Source: Clostridia bacterium
Lineage (GTDB): Bacteria > Bacillota > Clostridia > UMGS1883 > UMGS1540
NCBI GenBank assembly: GCA_045533905.1
Contig: JAZSIR010000002.1
Location: 1-64,000 of the forward strand
Length of the DNA: 64,000 nucleotides
Reading direction: 5' to 3'
This document shows positions 49,323-58,261 of this stretch, one piece after another. The position numbers and the translations under genes are program-made. Under the pieces are notes generated by a model that searched no databases, was not told where the DNA came from, and was given only the letters and a program-made list of their open reading frames with translations. Every line of letters begins with the position of its first letter. Position 1 is the first letter of the stretch.

Positions 49323-50513
49323 CTACTCTGTATCTCTGCCGGGCACGATAACTTTATCGAGGATATTCGTAAGCTTTGCGATGACCATACCGTAGTTTGT
49401 AATCGGCACGCCCTGTCCCTCGGCCGCCGCAATTCTCGACAGCACGTGGCGGCGGTTAAACATACAGGCGCCGCAATGGATAATGAGGCTATAGGGCGAA
49501 AGGTCTTTCGGAAAATCGTTTCCGCCGACTACATCCACCGACAGCCCTTCCCCCACCTTTTTGCGAAGGAGAACTGGAATTTTCACGCGGCCGATATCTT
49601 CCGAGGCCGGCGCGTGTGTGCAGGCCTCCGCAATCAGAATTCGGTCGTTTTCCGTAAGCCTTTCGATGGCCCCGGCCCCTTCAAGGAAGGTTTTCGCATC
49701 CCCCTTGGCATCGGCAAGTAGGACAGAAAAGGAAGTAAGCGGAATACCTTGCGGCACCTTTTCGTACACCGTCTTAAAAGCCTGCGAATCGGTAATAATA
49801 AGATCCGGCGGCGAAGACAAGCGCCCAAGTGCCGCCTCCATCGTTTCGGGCGTTGTGCAAATCGGAATACAGCCGCGGTCAAGAAGCTCGCGTATCGTCT
49901 GTACCTGCGGCAAAATGAGCCTTCCGCGCGGTGCAGAGGCATCCTGCGGCATTACAAGGAGCACAACATCGCCGGGCTTTGTCACCCGCCCTGTTATGCT
50001 TCTTTCCTCAGCCGCGAACGGCGAGAGGGCAGCGCGAATGTTGGAGAATCCCTCGCCTTTTTTTGCACTTACGCGAAGGAGTGCATTTTCACACACCGCT
50101 TCCGCTTTTTCTGCGGCGGCAGAATCCTCCCCGAGGTCTGTTTTATTCATAACGGGCAAAACGGGGATTTTTTTGGCCTTGCACAAATTGGCCCATTCTT
50201 TCTCCATCTCGCCGAACTCGCCTGCAAAGAGCAGGATGGCCACATCCGTTTTTTCGAGCGCTTCGCGCGTTTTCGAAACGCGAAGTTCCCCAAGCTCGCC
50301 CGTATCGTCATACCCTGCGGTATCGATGAGCACGCACGGCCCTACACCGCGGATTTCCATATTCTTATATACAGGGTCTGCCGTGGTACCGAGTGTATCG
50401 GACACAATAGCTACCTCTTGCCCCGTGAGAGCATTGATAAAGGAGGATTTACCGGCGTTTCGGCGCCCGAAAATCCCGATATGAAGACGCGCTGCGCGCG
50501 GTGCTGTTTCCAT
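49323..50513 (-). CDS. hydF: [FeFe]-hydrogenase maturation GTPase HydF
   Basis: GRRNAGKSS, TT.DPV.K.ME, GRLILPQVQ, ITDSQ, EACTH, HCGACM, TNYG. Confidence 0.97.
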   Translation of the reverse strand: METAPRAARLHIGIFGRRNAGKSSFINALTGQEVAIVSDTLGTTADPVYKNMEIRGVGPCVLIDTAGYDDTGELGELRVSKTREALEKTDVAILLFAGEFGEMEKEWANLCKAKKIPVLPVMNKTDLGEDSAAAEKAEAVCENALLRVSAKKGEGFSNIRAALSPFAAEERSITGRVTKPGDVVLLVMPQDASAPRGRLILPQVQTIRELLDRGCIPICTTPETMEAALGRLSSPPDLIITDSQAFKTVYEKVPQGIPLTSFSVLLADAKGDAKTFLEGAGAIERLTENDRILIAEACTHAPASEDIGRVKIPVLLRKKVGEGLSVDVVGGNDFPKDLSPYSLIIHCGACMFNRRHVLSRIAAAEGQGVPITNYGMVIAKLTNILDKVIVPGRDTE

Positions 50514-50525
50514 AAAAGCCCCTCC

Positions 50526-51938
50526 TTAAAAACGGAAGTCGCGGCTGCCCTCGTGCATACGGGCAATATTTTCCTCCGCAATTTTTCTTACTTTTTCATT
50601 CGGAATCCGCAGGAGTTCATTCGTAATCAGCCCTTCCCCGATTTTCCGTGTTTCGGGCGAGGCGTAATCCTCCAGATATTCCTGCAGCGTCATCAGCGCA
50701 TTCGGCTGGCAGCAGTTGGCAATCTGTCCGGATTTTACGAGCTGCATAAACCGGTCGCCCGTGCGGTTTTCGCGGTAGCAGGCGGTGCAGAAGCTGGGAA
50801 TATAGCCGAGCTTCATCAGCCAGTTTACAACCTCATCAAGCGTACGTCTGTCATCGATCTCAAACTGGATGGACTCGTTATCTTCCTCCGCATAGCCGCC
50901 TACGCTTGTGCGCGAGCCGCCGGAAAGCTGCGAAACGCCGATTTTGAGAAGGCGTTCGCGCATTGAAGCCGATTCTCTTGTCGATACAATCATACCGGTA
51001 TACGGCACCGCGAGGCGGATGACTGCCACAATTTTTTCAAATACATCGTCAGCAACGGCATTGGAAAATTCATCGGCATTAACGCCGTCTGCCGGGCGGA
51101 TACGCGGCACACTGATGGTGTGCGGGCCCACGCCCTTCGCAGCCTCAAGATGCTCCGCGTGCATAAGAAGACCTACAAAGTCATAGCGATAGAGATTGAG
51201 ACCGAACAAAACGCCGATACCAACATCATCAATACCGCCATCCATAGCACGGTCCATCGCCTCTGTATGGTAGGCATAATTGCTTTTCGGACCCGTGGGA
51301 TGGAGCATTTTGTAGTTTTCCTTATGGTATGTTTCCTGGAACAGGATGTACGTGCCTATTTTTGCCTCGTGCAGGGCACGATATGCCTCCACCGTGGTTG
51401 CGGCAATGTTCACATTTACGCGGCGTATAGCGCCGTTTTTGTGCTTTATGCTGTAAATGGTGTCAATACTCTCGAGGATATAGGAAAGCGGCGAATGCAC
51501 GGGGTCCTCGCCCGATTCGAGCGCAAGGCGCTTATGCCCCATATCCTGAAGGGCAATTACCTCTTTGCGGATTTCTTCCTGCGAAAGCTTTTTACGCGGA
51601 ATGGTGCAGTTGCCGTGGTGATACGGGCAATATACACAGCCGTTTACGCAGTAATTCGAAAGGTACAAGGGTGCAAACATAACGATGCGGTTGCCGTAAA
51701 GGCGCATTTTCAGTTCGTTTGCCACCTTGAAAATCCGCGCATTTCTGTCGGGAATCGTGCACTCCAAAAGCACGGCCGCCTCTCTGTGGTCAAGCCCGCC
51801 GCCTTTTTCCGCCTTATCAATAAGCTTATCAATAAGCGTCGCATCTTCTTTGTGCGCATCGGCGTAAAGAAGCGTTTCTTCAATCTCTGCATGGTTTATA
51901 AATTCTTCCGCTTTGGATGATTTAACATCGTATTTCAT
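50526..51938 (-). CDS. hydG: [FeFe]-hydrogenase maturase HydG (radical SAM)
   Basis: FAPLYLSNYCVNGCVYC, GPHTISVPR, C-terminal PSFCTACYR..C.PNA. Confidence 0.96.
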   Translation of the reverse strand: MKYDVKSSKAEEFINHAEIEETLLYADAHKEDATLIDKLIDKAEKGGGLDHREAAVLLECTIPDRNARIFKVANELKMRLYGNRIVMFAPLYLSNYCVNGCVYCPYHHGNCTIPRKKLSQEEIRKEVIALQDMGHKRLALESGEDPVHSPLSYILESIDTIYSIKHKNGAIRRVNVNIAATTVEAYRALHEAKIGTYILFQETYHKENYKMLHPTGPKSNYAYHTEAMDRAMDGGIDDVGIGVLFGLNLYRYDFVGLLMHAEHLEAAKGVGPHTISVPRIRPADGVNADEFSNAVADDVFEKIVAVIRLAVPYTGMIVSTRESASMRERLLKIGVSQLSGGSRTSVGGYAEEDNESIQFEIDDRRTLDEVVNWLMKLGYIPSFCTACYRENRTGDRFMQLVKSGQIANCCQPNALMTLQEYLEDYASPETRKIGEGLITNELLRIPNEKVRKIAEENIARMHEGSRDFRF

Positions 51939-52954
51939 TGGTAGTCTCCTCTCACGGCTAAAATCGTATAGCCCATATTTTCTATTTTGCGGCATACCTC
52001 GGCAATCGGCTCTGCCGCTTTATTATCATAAATTGCATATTGTCCGTGCCGTGCAGGGGGCGAAAGGTTGGGCATCACAACATTGGCACCTGCCGAAATT
52101 CCCTGTTCCCTGCCTCCAGGCGAAAGCGTAGCCAGCGCCGTAGTAGCCGGCAGAAGCGCCCGTCTGTGCATCAGCCGCAAGACAGAAAGGAGCTTGACTG
52201 TAAGGGCAAGGCTTCCCGCCGCCTCTCTTCCAAACGGCGTTTCCTTTTGCGGCAAAAACGGCCCGATACCGATCATATGCGGTTTGAAGTCTTGCAAAAA
52301 CAAAAGGTCCTCCGCGATATTTTCCACCGTCTGATACGGCGAGCCGACCATAAACCCTGCGCCCACCTGATAGCCAAGTGCTTTCAGATTTTCAAGGCAT
52401 GCGATGCGCGAGGAAAGCTGCATCGAAGAAGGGTGTAGTTTTTCATAATGCGCGGGCGTTGCTGTCTCATGGCGCAGAAGGTATCTGTCCGCCCCCGCTT
52501 TGCGAAGCGTTTCGTACGAAGTCGCGCTGCGCTCCCCAAGGGAAAGGGTGACGGCTGCATCGGGGTATTTTTCCTTGAGCTTTCTGATGATACTTACAAG
52601 GCGCGCGTCTGTAAAATATCCGTCCTCACCGCCCTGCAACACAAAGGTGCGAATGCCTTCCCGGTATCCGCTCTCCGCCGAAGCGAGAATTTCCTCCTCC
52701 GTAAGGCGATAGCGCACCGCCTTTTCGTTACTTCTGCGAAGGCCGCAGTAGAAGCAGTCATTTTTACAGAAGCTGCTAATTTCAATAAGACCACGAAGGT
52801 AAATATTTTTCCCGAACACAGCATCCGTCGCCTCGCGCGCCGCAATGCGGATTTCTTCATCAAATTCGTCTCCGGAAAGCAGCGACAGCATATCTTCTTT
52901 TGTAAGCCATTTGCCTTCCACAAGACGGGCAAATGCTTTTTTTGCATCCATCAT
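51935..52954 (-). CDS. hydE: [FeFe]-hydrogenase maturase HydE (radical SAM)
   Basis: RGLIEISSFCKNDCFYCGLR, LQGGED, RYLLRHET, GANVVMPN, Y..Y..K. Confidence 0.95.
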   Translation of the reverse strand: MMDAKKAFARLVEGKWLTKEDMLSLLSGDEFDEEIRIAAREATDAVFGKNIYLRGLIEISSFCKNDCFYCGLRRSNEKAVRYRLTEEEILASAESGYREGIRTFVLQGGEDGYFTDARLVSIIRKLKEKYPDAAVTLSLGERSATSYETLRKAGADRYLLRHETATPAHYEKLHPSSMQLSSRIACLENLKALGYQVGAGFMVGSPYQTVENIAEDLLFLQDFKPHMIGIGPFLPQKETPFGREAAGSLALTVKLLSVLRLMHRRALLPATTALATLSPGGREQGISAGANVVMPNLSPPARHGQYAIYDNKAAEPIAEVCRKIENMGYTILAVRGDYQ

Positions 52955-53196
52955 ATCTTTGCGTAAACGGTTTTCGCCGTCACGCCCTCCAGCATACCAA
53001 GCTTCCCGGAAACGGACGCCGTAACGGCTTCCGGTGCATCCAGAACGACGCTGATGACCGAAATGTTCCGTTCTCTGTACGGGATGCCCATTCTTCCCAC
53101 AATATATTGCCCTGCATCGTGCAGAATCTGATTGATTTTCTCAGCAGAATCCGTGTTTTCCACAATTATGCCGATATGTGCAATTCTGTTTTCCAT
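52951..53196 (-). CDS. TM1266-family iron-only hydrogenase system putative regulator (ACT-like)
   Basis: MENRIAHIGIIVE..N.ILH....IVGRMGIPY...SGKLG.L.GV..K; first gene of the hydEGF operon. Confidence 0.9.
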   Translation of the reverse strand: MENRIAHIGIIVENTDSAEKINQILHDAGQYIVGRMGIPYRERNISVISVVLDAPEAVTASVSGKLGMLEGVTAKTVYAKI

Positions 53197-53210
53197 TGTT
53201 CCTCCTATAC

Positions 53211-53305
53211 AAAAAGGCCGTTCCCCCAAAAAGGCGGAACGGCCATACTACTGCCCTATTTGAAATTCCGCCTTCGCGGTCGGGACGAACCCTTCCTCTC
53301 AGGTT
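53211..53305 (-). promoter_or_regulatory. attenuator leader (terminator/antiterminator) of the hyd maturase operon
   Basis: Terminator GGCCGTTCC..GGAACGGCC-TTTTT and a competing AAGGCGGAA/TTCCGCCTT pairing. Confidence 0.7.
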
Positions 53306-53311
53306 TCTTTC

Positions 53312-53340
53312 AGTATAGCATATTTCGATATATCCGTCAA
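53312..53340 (-). promoter_or_regulatory. sigmaA promoter of the hyd maturase operon
   Basis: TTGACG-N17-TATACT with TG extension. Confidence 0.75.
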
Positions 53341-53345
53341 GCTTT

Positions 53346-54137
53346 TTATTCACCAAGCGCCGCCAGCTCTTTTTTGGCGCAGGCAAGAACGAACGGATAC
53401 GTATTCTTCTGCAGAATTTTCCCGTATACATTTCTGGCTTCCTTCAGCTTACCAAGCTTTGCAAGGCTTCTGGCCTCAAAAAGCTGGAGTCTCGCAAGGG
53501 AATGTCTATCCTCAAATCCGCGGCTTCTCGCAGTTTCCAGAGCGTCCAGCGTTTCTTCATACTTTTCGTCCGCATAATAGAGAAGCGCGCGCGAAAACCG
53601 AACGTGCGCAAGCGAAATCGCCTCGCCCGCCTTTTCAAAAAGCGGTTGTCCCTTCGTATAGGCTGCTTCCGCACGGACCAGCTGCCCGTTTTCCGCACAA
53701 AACGCGGCGAGGTTGCTGTAATACATTGCCCTTGAAATCTTATCGGCAGCGGACATATCCATCGCATCCATCACACGGATGGCCTCTCCATACTCACCCA
53801 TCGCCTCATATCCGACAGCAAGGTTTAAAGAAAGCGTTTCCTTTACCGCACGGTTACGCGTTTTTGCGATTGCCTTTTCGGATTCCCGCACAAACTTTTC
53901 CGGGTCTGCTTCCTTATACAGAATGTCAAGAAGCGTATCGGCGAGCTTTCTTCCGCGGACGCTCCGTATGCCGTAAAAGAGTGCAAGCCCCACGGCCAGT
54001 GCCAGAAAAAGCACAATGCCGAGCATCTGCAAATAGCCTCCTCCCAGAAAAATCAGATAGAAGAAGGAAATACCGAGACCAAGACCTACGGGCGCGCCGA
54101 TTGCAAAGCCTATAAACTGACGCATACGATTATTCAT
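53346..54137 (-). CDS. membrane-anchored TPR-repeat protein
   Basis: Two N-terminal TM helices followed by TPR-like helices (NLA..Y...GEY.EA). Confidence 0.75.
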   Translation of the reverse strand: MNNRMRQFIGFAIGAPVGLGLGISFFYLIFLGGGYLQMLGIVLFLALAVGLALFYGIRSVRGRKLADTLLDILYKEADPEKFVRESEKAIAKTRNRAVKETLSLNLAVGYEAMGEYGEAIRVMDAMDMSAADKISRAMYYSNLAAFCAENGQLVRAEAAYTKGQPLFEKAGEAISLAHVRFSRALLYYADEKYEETLDALETARSRGFEDRHSLARLQLFEARSLAKLGKLKEARNVYGKILQKNTYPFVLACAKKELAALGE

Positions 54138-55309
54138 CGTGCGGCCTCCTGCTTAAGTGCCGCAAGGACTGTCTCAAGGCTTTCGCCGGCAGAAAAACGC
54201 TTGTAGATCGCAAGGATGCGCGCGGTATCGGTAAGGCCGCTGATATCCGCAAGCACCTCGTCTACGGTCTTTTCCGTAAGCACATCATCATACTTAAAGC
54301 AAAGTGCCGCCGCGATTGCCGCTTCGATGTAGATGGAATCCACATTCTGTTCCTGACACATACGGAGTGCACCTACGAGGCGGTCGCCACTCGAAAGCTT
54401 ACGGCGAAGGTCACCGCCGACGCGCTTTACCGTGTCGCCAAGGCCGCGGTTTGCAAAGCGGCGGATGAGATCCTGCACGTGTGCATACAGCGCCGCCGTA
54501 TCGCCATTATGGCGTTTGGCAAGGGCAATGGCAGAAGCCGTCATCGCGCGGATGACCAGAAGCTCCACCGTCGGATTCTCAATAGCCTGCCAGATGTATT
54601 CGCACCCTAAAAGGTCACCAAGATACGCCGTCATCGCATGGCCCATATTGTGGATGTAGAGCTTGCGCTCGATATAGTACGAGAACGGTGCATACCAGAT
54701 TACGTTCTTAATCGGCGGAAATTCGCCGCGAACGGCTGCTTTATCAAGCGGCAGAATGTCATACGCTTCCACACAGACGCGAAGCGGATTTCCCTTTTGC
54801 ATTTCGGGCGTCTGCACCGGCACCATACGGCCGATGGACGCTTCCACAAAACCTACAAGGCTATCAAGCTTTTTGGTTTCTGCTTCCTCTAAGTTCTGGG
54901 CGATTAAATCTCTTAAAACCTTGTCGGCACCGATAAGGTTTTCGCAGATGATAATATTAAACGGTGTATCGTTGCCCTCTTCCCAGCGCTTTTTAAGGCC
55001 GCCTGCGATGGGGGCTGCAATAAACTTCAGAATGTTTACGCCAACGGCTGTGGCCATAACGTCTGCCTTTGCAATCGCTTCCGCTACAAGCTCGGGCTTT
55101 TTACCGTCCACACAGGAAATATTCTCTGCCCATTCCTCGCGCACGCCATCCTCCACCAGAATATCTACGGGATAGCGGTGGGAAGCGTTCATAGCCTCAA
55201 TAACCGTATCGTTTACATCTACAAACGATACTTCATAACCGGACTGCGAAAGGAGAAGGCCAATAAACCCTCTTCCAATATTACCGGCTCCGTACATTAC
55301 TGCGCGCAT
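54134..55309 (-). CDS. mtlD: mannitol-1-phosphate 5-dehydrogenase family protein
   Basis: GAGNIGRGFIG, TAVG, CEN, YIERKLY.HN.GH, RF.N..L.D.V.RVG. Confidence 0.82.
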   Translation of the reverse strand: MRAVMYGAGNIGRGFIGLLLSQSGYEVSFVDVNDTVIEAMNASHRYPVDILVEDGVREEWAENISCVDGKKPELVAEAIAKADVMATAVGVNILKFIAAPIAGGLKKRWEEGNDTPFNIIICENLIGADKVLRDLIAQNLEEAETKKLDSLVGFVEASIGRMVPVQTPEMQKGNPLRVCVEAYDILPLDKAAVRGEFPPIKNVIWYAPFSYYIERKLYIHNMGHAMTAYLGDLLGCEYIWQAIENPTVELLVIRAMTASAIALAKRHNGDTAALYAHVQDLIRRFANRGLGDTVKRVGGDLRRKLSSGDRLVGALRMCQEQNVDSIYIEAAIAAALCFKYDDVLTEKTVDEVLADISGLTDTARILAIYKRFSAGESLETVLAALKQEAAR

Positions 55310-55322
55310 TGTTTCTTCCTCC

Positions 55323-56990
55323 TTATACTTCCGTAATGACCGGCAGAATAACCGGCTTCCGTTTTGTTTTTTCAAAAATGAACTCGCCAAGCATATTGCG
55401 GATGGCTGTTTTCATACCGTTCCAGTCGCCATTCCCATGGCTTTTTGCCGAAAGGACGGCATCGGTCACAATGTCCTTCATTTCCTCAATAAGGTCCTCA
55501 CTCTCGCGGACATAGACAAAGCCGCGGGAGATGATATCGGGCCCTGCAAGAATTTCCTTTTCTGCGGAAAGCGTAACCACGGCCACGATAAGGCCTTCCT
55601 CACCGAGATGCTTACGGTCACGAAGCACAATGTTTCCGACATCGCCGACGCCGCTACCGTCTACAAGCACCTGCCCTGCTGCCACATTGCCGCAGACGGC
55701 GGCGCCGTCCTCCGTCATTTCGAGAACTTCGCCGAGGCCCATAACAAATATGTTTTCCGGTGCCACTCCCATAAGCTCACCCAGCCGCGCGTGGCGCACC
55801 AGATGGCGGTGCTCCCCGTGCACGGGGATGAAGTATTTCGGTTTTACAAGACCGAGCATAAGCTTCAGTTCCTCGCTGCAGGCGTGACCTGAAACGTGCA
55901 CTTCGGCAAGCGATTCGTAAATAACCTCCGCACCCTTTTTGAAAAGCTCATTAATAACGGACGAAACGGCTTTTTCATTACCGGGAATGGGATTTGCAGA
56001 TAAGATAACAATATCCCCGTACCCAATTTCCACACTTTTATGGTCCGAAAATGCCATACGGGTAAGAGCGCTCATCGGCTCGCCCTGGCTGCCGGTAGTA
56101 ACAATGACAAGCTGCTGGGGCTTGAAGCGGTTGATATCCTCAATCGGGATAAGCGTTCCACGCGGGATGTGCAGATAGCCAAGCTCTGTGGCCACTTCGC
56201 ACATCGTCAGCATACTGCGGCCCAAAATGGCCACCTTACGCTTCTGGCGGACGGCGGAATTGACAATCTGCTGAATGCGGTGTACATTTGAAGCGAAGGA
56301 AGCTACGATGATGCGCTTATCCGAAGAGTTTTCAAAAATTTCGTCGAAGCGTTCCCCAACGGTGCGCTCACTCATTGTATACCCTGCGCGTTCCACATTC
56401 GTACTGTCGGAAAAGAGCGCTAAAACGCCTGCTTTTCCAAGATCGCCAAAGCGCGTTAAGTTAATCATTTCACCATTTATGGGCGTGCAGTCAATCTTAA
56501 AGTCGCCCGTGTGCACCAAAACGCCGACGGGCGTGTGAATCGCAACGGCAAGTGCCCCTGCGATGCTGTGGTTTACATTGATGAACTCCACCTTGAAGTT
56601 CTGGCCGATTTTCTTCATGGAGCCGGGCTTTACCGTGCAAAGCTCCACCTCCGAAGCCATACCGTGTTCGCGAAGCTTGTGTTCGACGAGCCCCAGCGTC
56701 ATACGGCTACCGTAAATCGGCGCATTGAAGGTTTTGAAAGCATACGGCACGCCGCCGATATGGTCCTCGTGCCCGTGTGTGAGGATGACGCCGCAAACCT
56801 TCTTCCTATTTTGGGCAATATAAGAAGTGTCGGGAATTACAAGGTCAATCCCGAGCATGCTTTCACTTGGGAAGGCCAGGCCGCAATCTATGACCAGGAT
56901 TTCCTCTCCGTACTCGATTACGGTTACATTTTTTCCGATCTCATCGAGCCCCCCCAGCGGAATAATTTTAAGTTTTTCTTGTTTCGACAC
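55323..56990 (-). CDS. rnj: ribonuclease J
   Basis: PLGGL.EIGKN, THGHEDHIG, GSQGEP, HVSGH, PVHGE. Confidence 0.97.
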   Translation of the reverse strand: MSKQEKLKIIPLGGLDEIGKNVTVIEYGEEILVIDCGLAFPSESMLGIDLVIPDTSYIAQNRKKVCGVILTHGHEDHIGGVPYAFKTFNAPIYGSRMTLGLVEHKLREHGMASEVELCTVKPGSMKKIGQNFKVEFINVNHSIAGALAVAIHTPVGVLVHTGDFKIDCTPINGEMINLTRFGDLGKAGVLALFSDSTNVERAGYTMSERTVGERFDEIFENSSDKRIIVASFASNVHRIQQIVNSAVRQKRKVAILGRSMLTMCEVATELGYLHIPRGTLIPIEDINRFKPQQLVIVTTGSQGEPMSALTRMAFSDHKSVEIGYGDIVILSANPIPGNEKAVSSVINELFKKGAEVIYESLAEVHVSGHACSEELKLMLGLVKPKYFIPVHGEHRHLVRHARLGELMGVAPENIFVMGLGEVLEMTEDGAAVCGNVAAGQVLVDGSGVGDVGNIVLRDRKHLGEEGLIVAVVTLSAEKEILAGPDIISRGFVYVRESEDLIEEMKDIVTDAVLSAKSHGNGDWNGMKTAIRNMLGEFIFEKTKRKPVILPVITEV

Positions 56991-57189
56991 AATATATCCT
57001 CCATATTTATTTTCCGATCATTAATTCCTACGTAGTATACCACTTTTTGCCGTATAAGTCAAGCCTTTCCTTACAGAGATTTTATCCGCCGCGCACGGCT
57101 TCTATTCCTTTTTTATAAAAAAACCCCTTACCTCTTCCCAAACACGTCGATTTATGATATACTCATAAAAAACGGATGGAGGAAGGCGT

Positions 57190-58206
57190 ATGCAAAAAGT
57201 ACTTGTCGGCATGAGCGGCGGCGTGGACAGCACGGCCGCAGTGCTTCTCCTAAAAGAGCAGGGCTACGAGGTGGAAGGGCTCACGCTCTGGCTTTGCGGA
57301 GACGAAAGCGGCCATAAAGAAGCCGCACGCGTAGCCACAGAGCTTGGCATTTCGCATACCACAATCGATATGCGCGCCGAATTTGAAACGCTTGTAAAAG
57401 CACCGTTTTGCGCCGCCTATCAAAAGGGGCAAACGCCGAACCCCTGCGTTTTCTGTAATGCGGGCATTAAGTTTTCCGCTCTCGCCACCTTTGCGGATGC
57501 ACACGATATTCCGTACATTGCCACGGGGCATTATGCAAGGCTTTCCGAGGTAAACGGGCAAAAAGTTTTCGCAAAAAGCGGTGACATCAAAAAAGACCAG
57601 ACGTACTTTTTAAGTCAGGTGCCGCCCGCACTTCTCCCCCGTCTACTTCTTCCGCTCGGCGATTTTACGAAGGACGAAATCCGGAAGAAAGCCGCCTGTG
57701 CCGGTCTTTCTGCCGCTGAGAAAGCGGACAGCCAGGAAATCTGCTTTGTGCCGGAAAATGACTATATTTCGTTTTTGGAGGACACAATGAAGGTCGCCCC
57801 GAAAGAGGGCAAAATTTTAGATGAAAACGGCTATATGGTTGGCCTCCACGAGGGCATCCACCGTTATACCATCGGCCAGCGAAAGGGCCTTGGTGCTTTC
57901 GGGAAAAAGGTGTTTGTGACGGCGATAAACCCCGAAGAGAACACCGTTACCATCGGGGAAAATGCGGCGCTCTTCTCGAAAGGTCTTGTGGCAGAAAACA
58001 TAAATACCTTCCTCCCTATAGAAGGCGAGGTTTCCGTGAAAATCCGCTCTGCCGCACCGTGCACGGAAGCTATATGCCGTATAGAGGGCGCGCGGGCGCA
58101 TATCACCTTCCAAGAGCCGCAACGGGCCGTGACGCCCGGGCAGACCGTGGCGATATACAGAGGGGACGTTCTCCTCGGCGGCGGCACTATCGTTTCCGCT
58201 ATATAA
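57190..58206 (+). CDS. mnmA: tRNA 2-thiouridylase MnmA
   Basis: GMSGGVDS, TPNPC..CN..IKF, ATGHYAR, KDQTYFL, DSQEICF, TPGQ. Confidence 0.97.
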   Translation: MQKVLVGMSGGVDSTAAVLLLKEQGYEVEGLTLWLCGDESGHKEAARVATELGISHTTIDMRAEFETLVKAPFCAAYQKGQTPNPCVFCNAGIKFSALATFADAHDIPYIATGHYARLSEVNGQKVFAKSGDIKKDQTYFLSQVPPALLPRLLLPLGDFTKDEIRKKAACAGLSAAEKADSQEICFVPENDYISFLEDTMKVAPKEGKILDENGYMVGLHEGIHRYTIGQRKGLGAFGKKVFVTAINPEENTVTIGENAALFSKGLVAENINTFLPIEGEVSVKIRSAAPCTEAICRIEGARAHITFQEPQRAVTPGQTVAIYRGDVLLGGGTIVSAI

Positions 58207-58217
58207 TCCCAAAATAG

Positions 58218-58250
58218 AAAGAAGGCATACCAAGTGGTATGCCTTCTTTT
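58218..58250. terminator. bidirectional terminator
   Basis: AAAGAAGGCATACC-aagt-GGTATGCCTTCTTTT between convergent genes. Confidence 0.8.
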
Positions 58251-58261
58251 GTGTCTTTATC

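Noticed and set aside
53245-53305. TPP riboswitch call for the hyd leader (contains CTGAGA; HydG is a ThiH homolog)
   Set aside because: Lacks the ACCTGA..GGnTAATnCCnGCGnAGGGA half of the TPP aptamer
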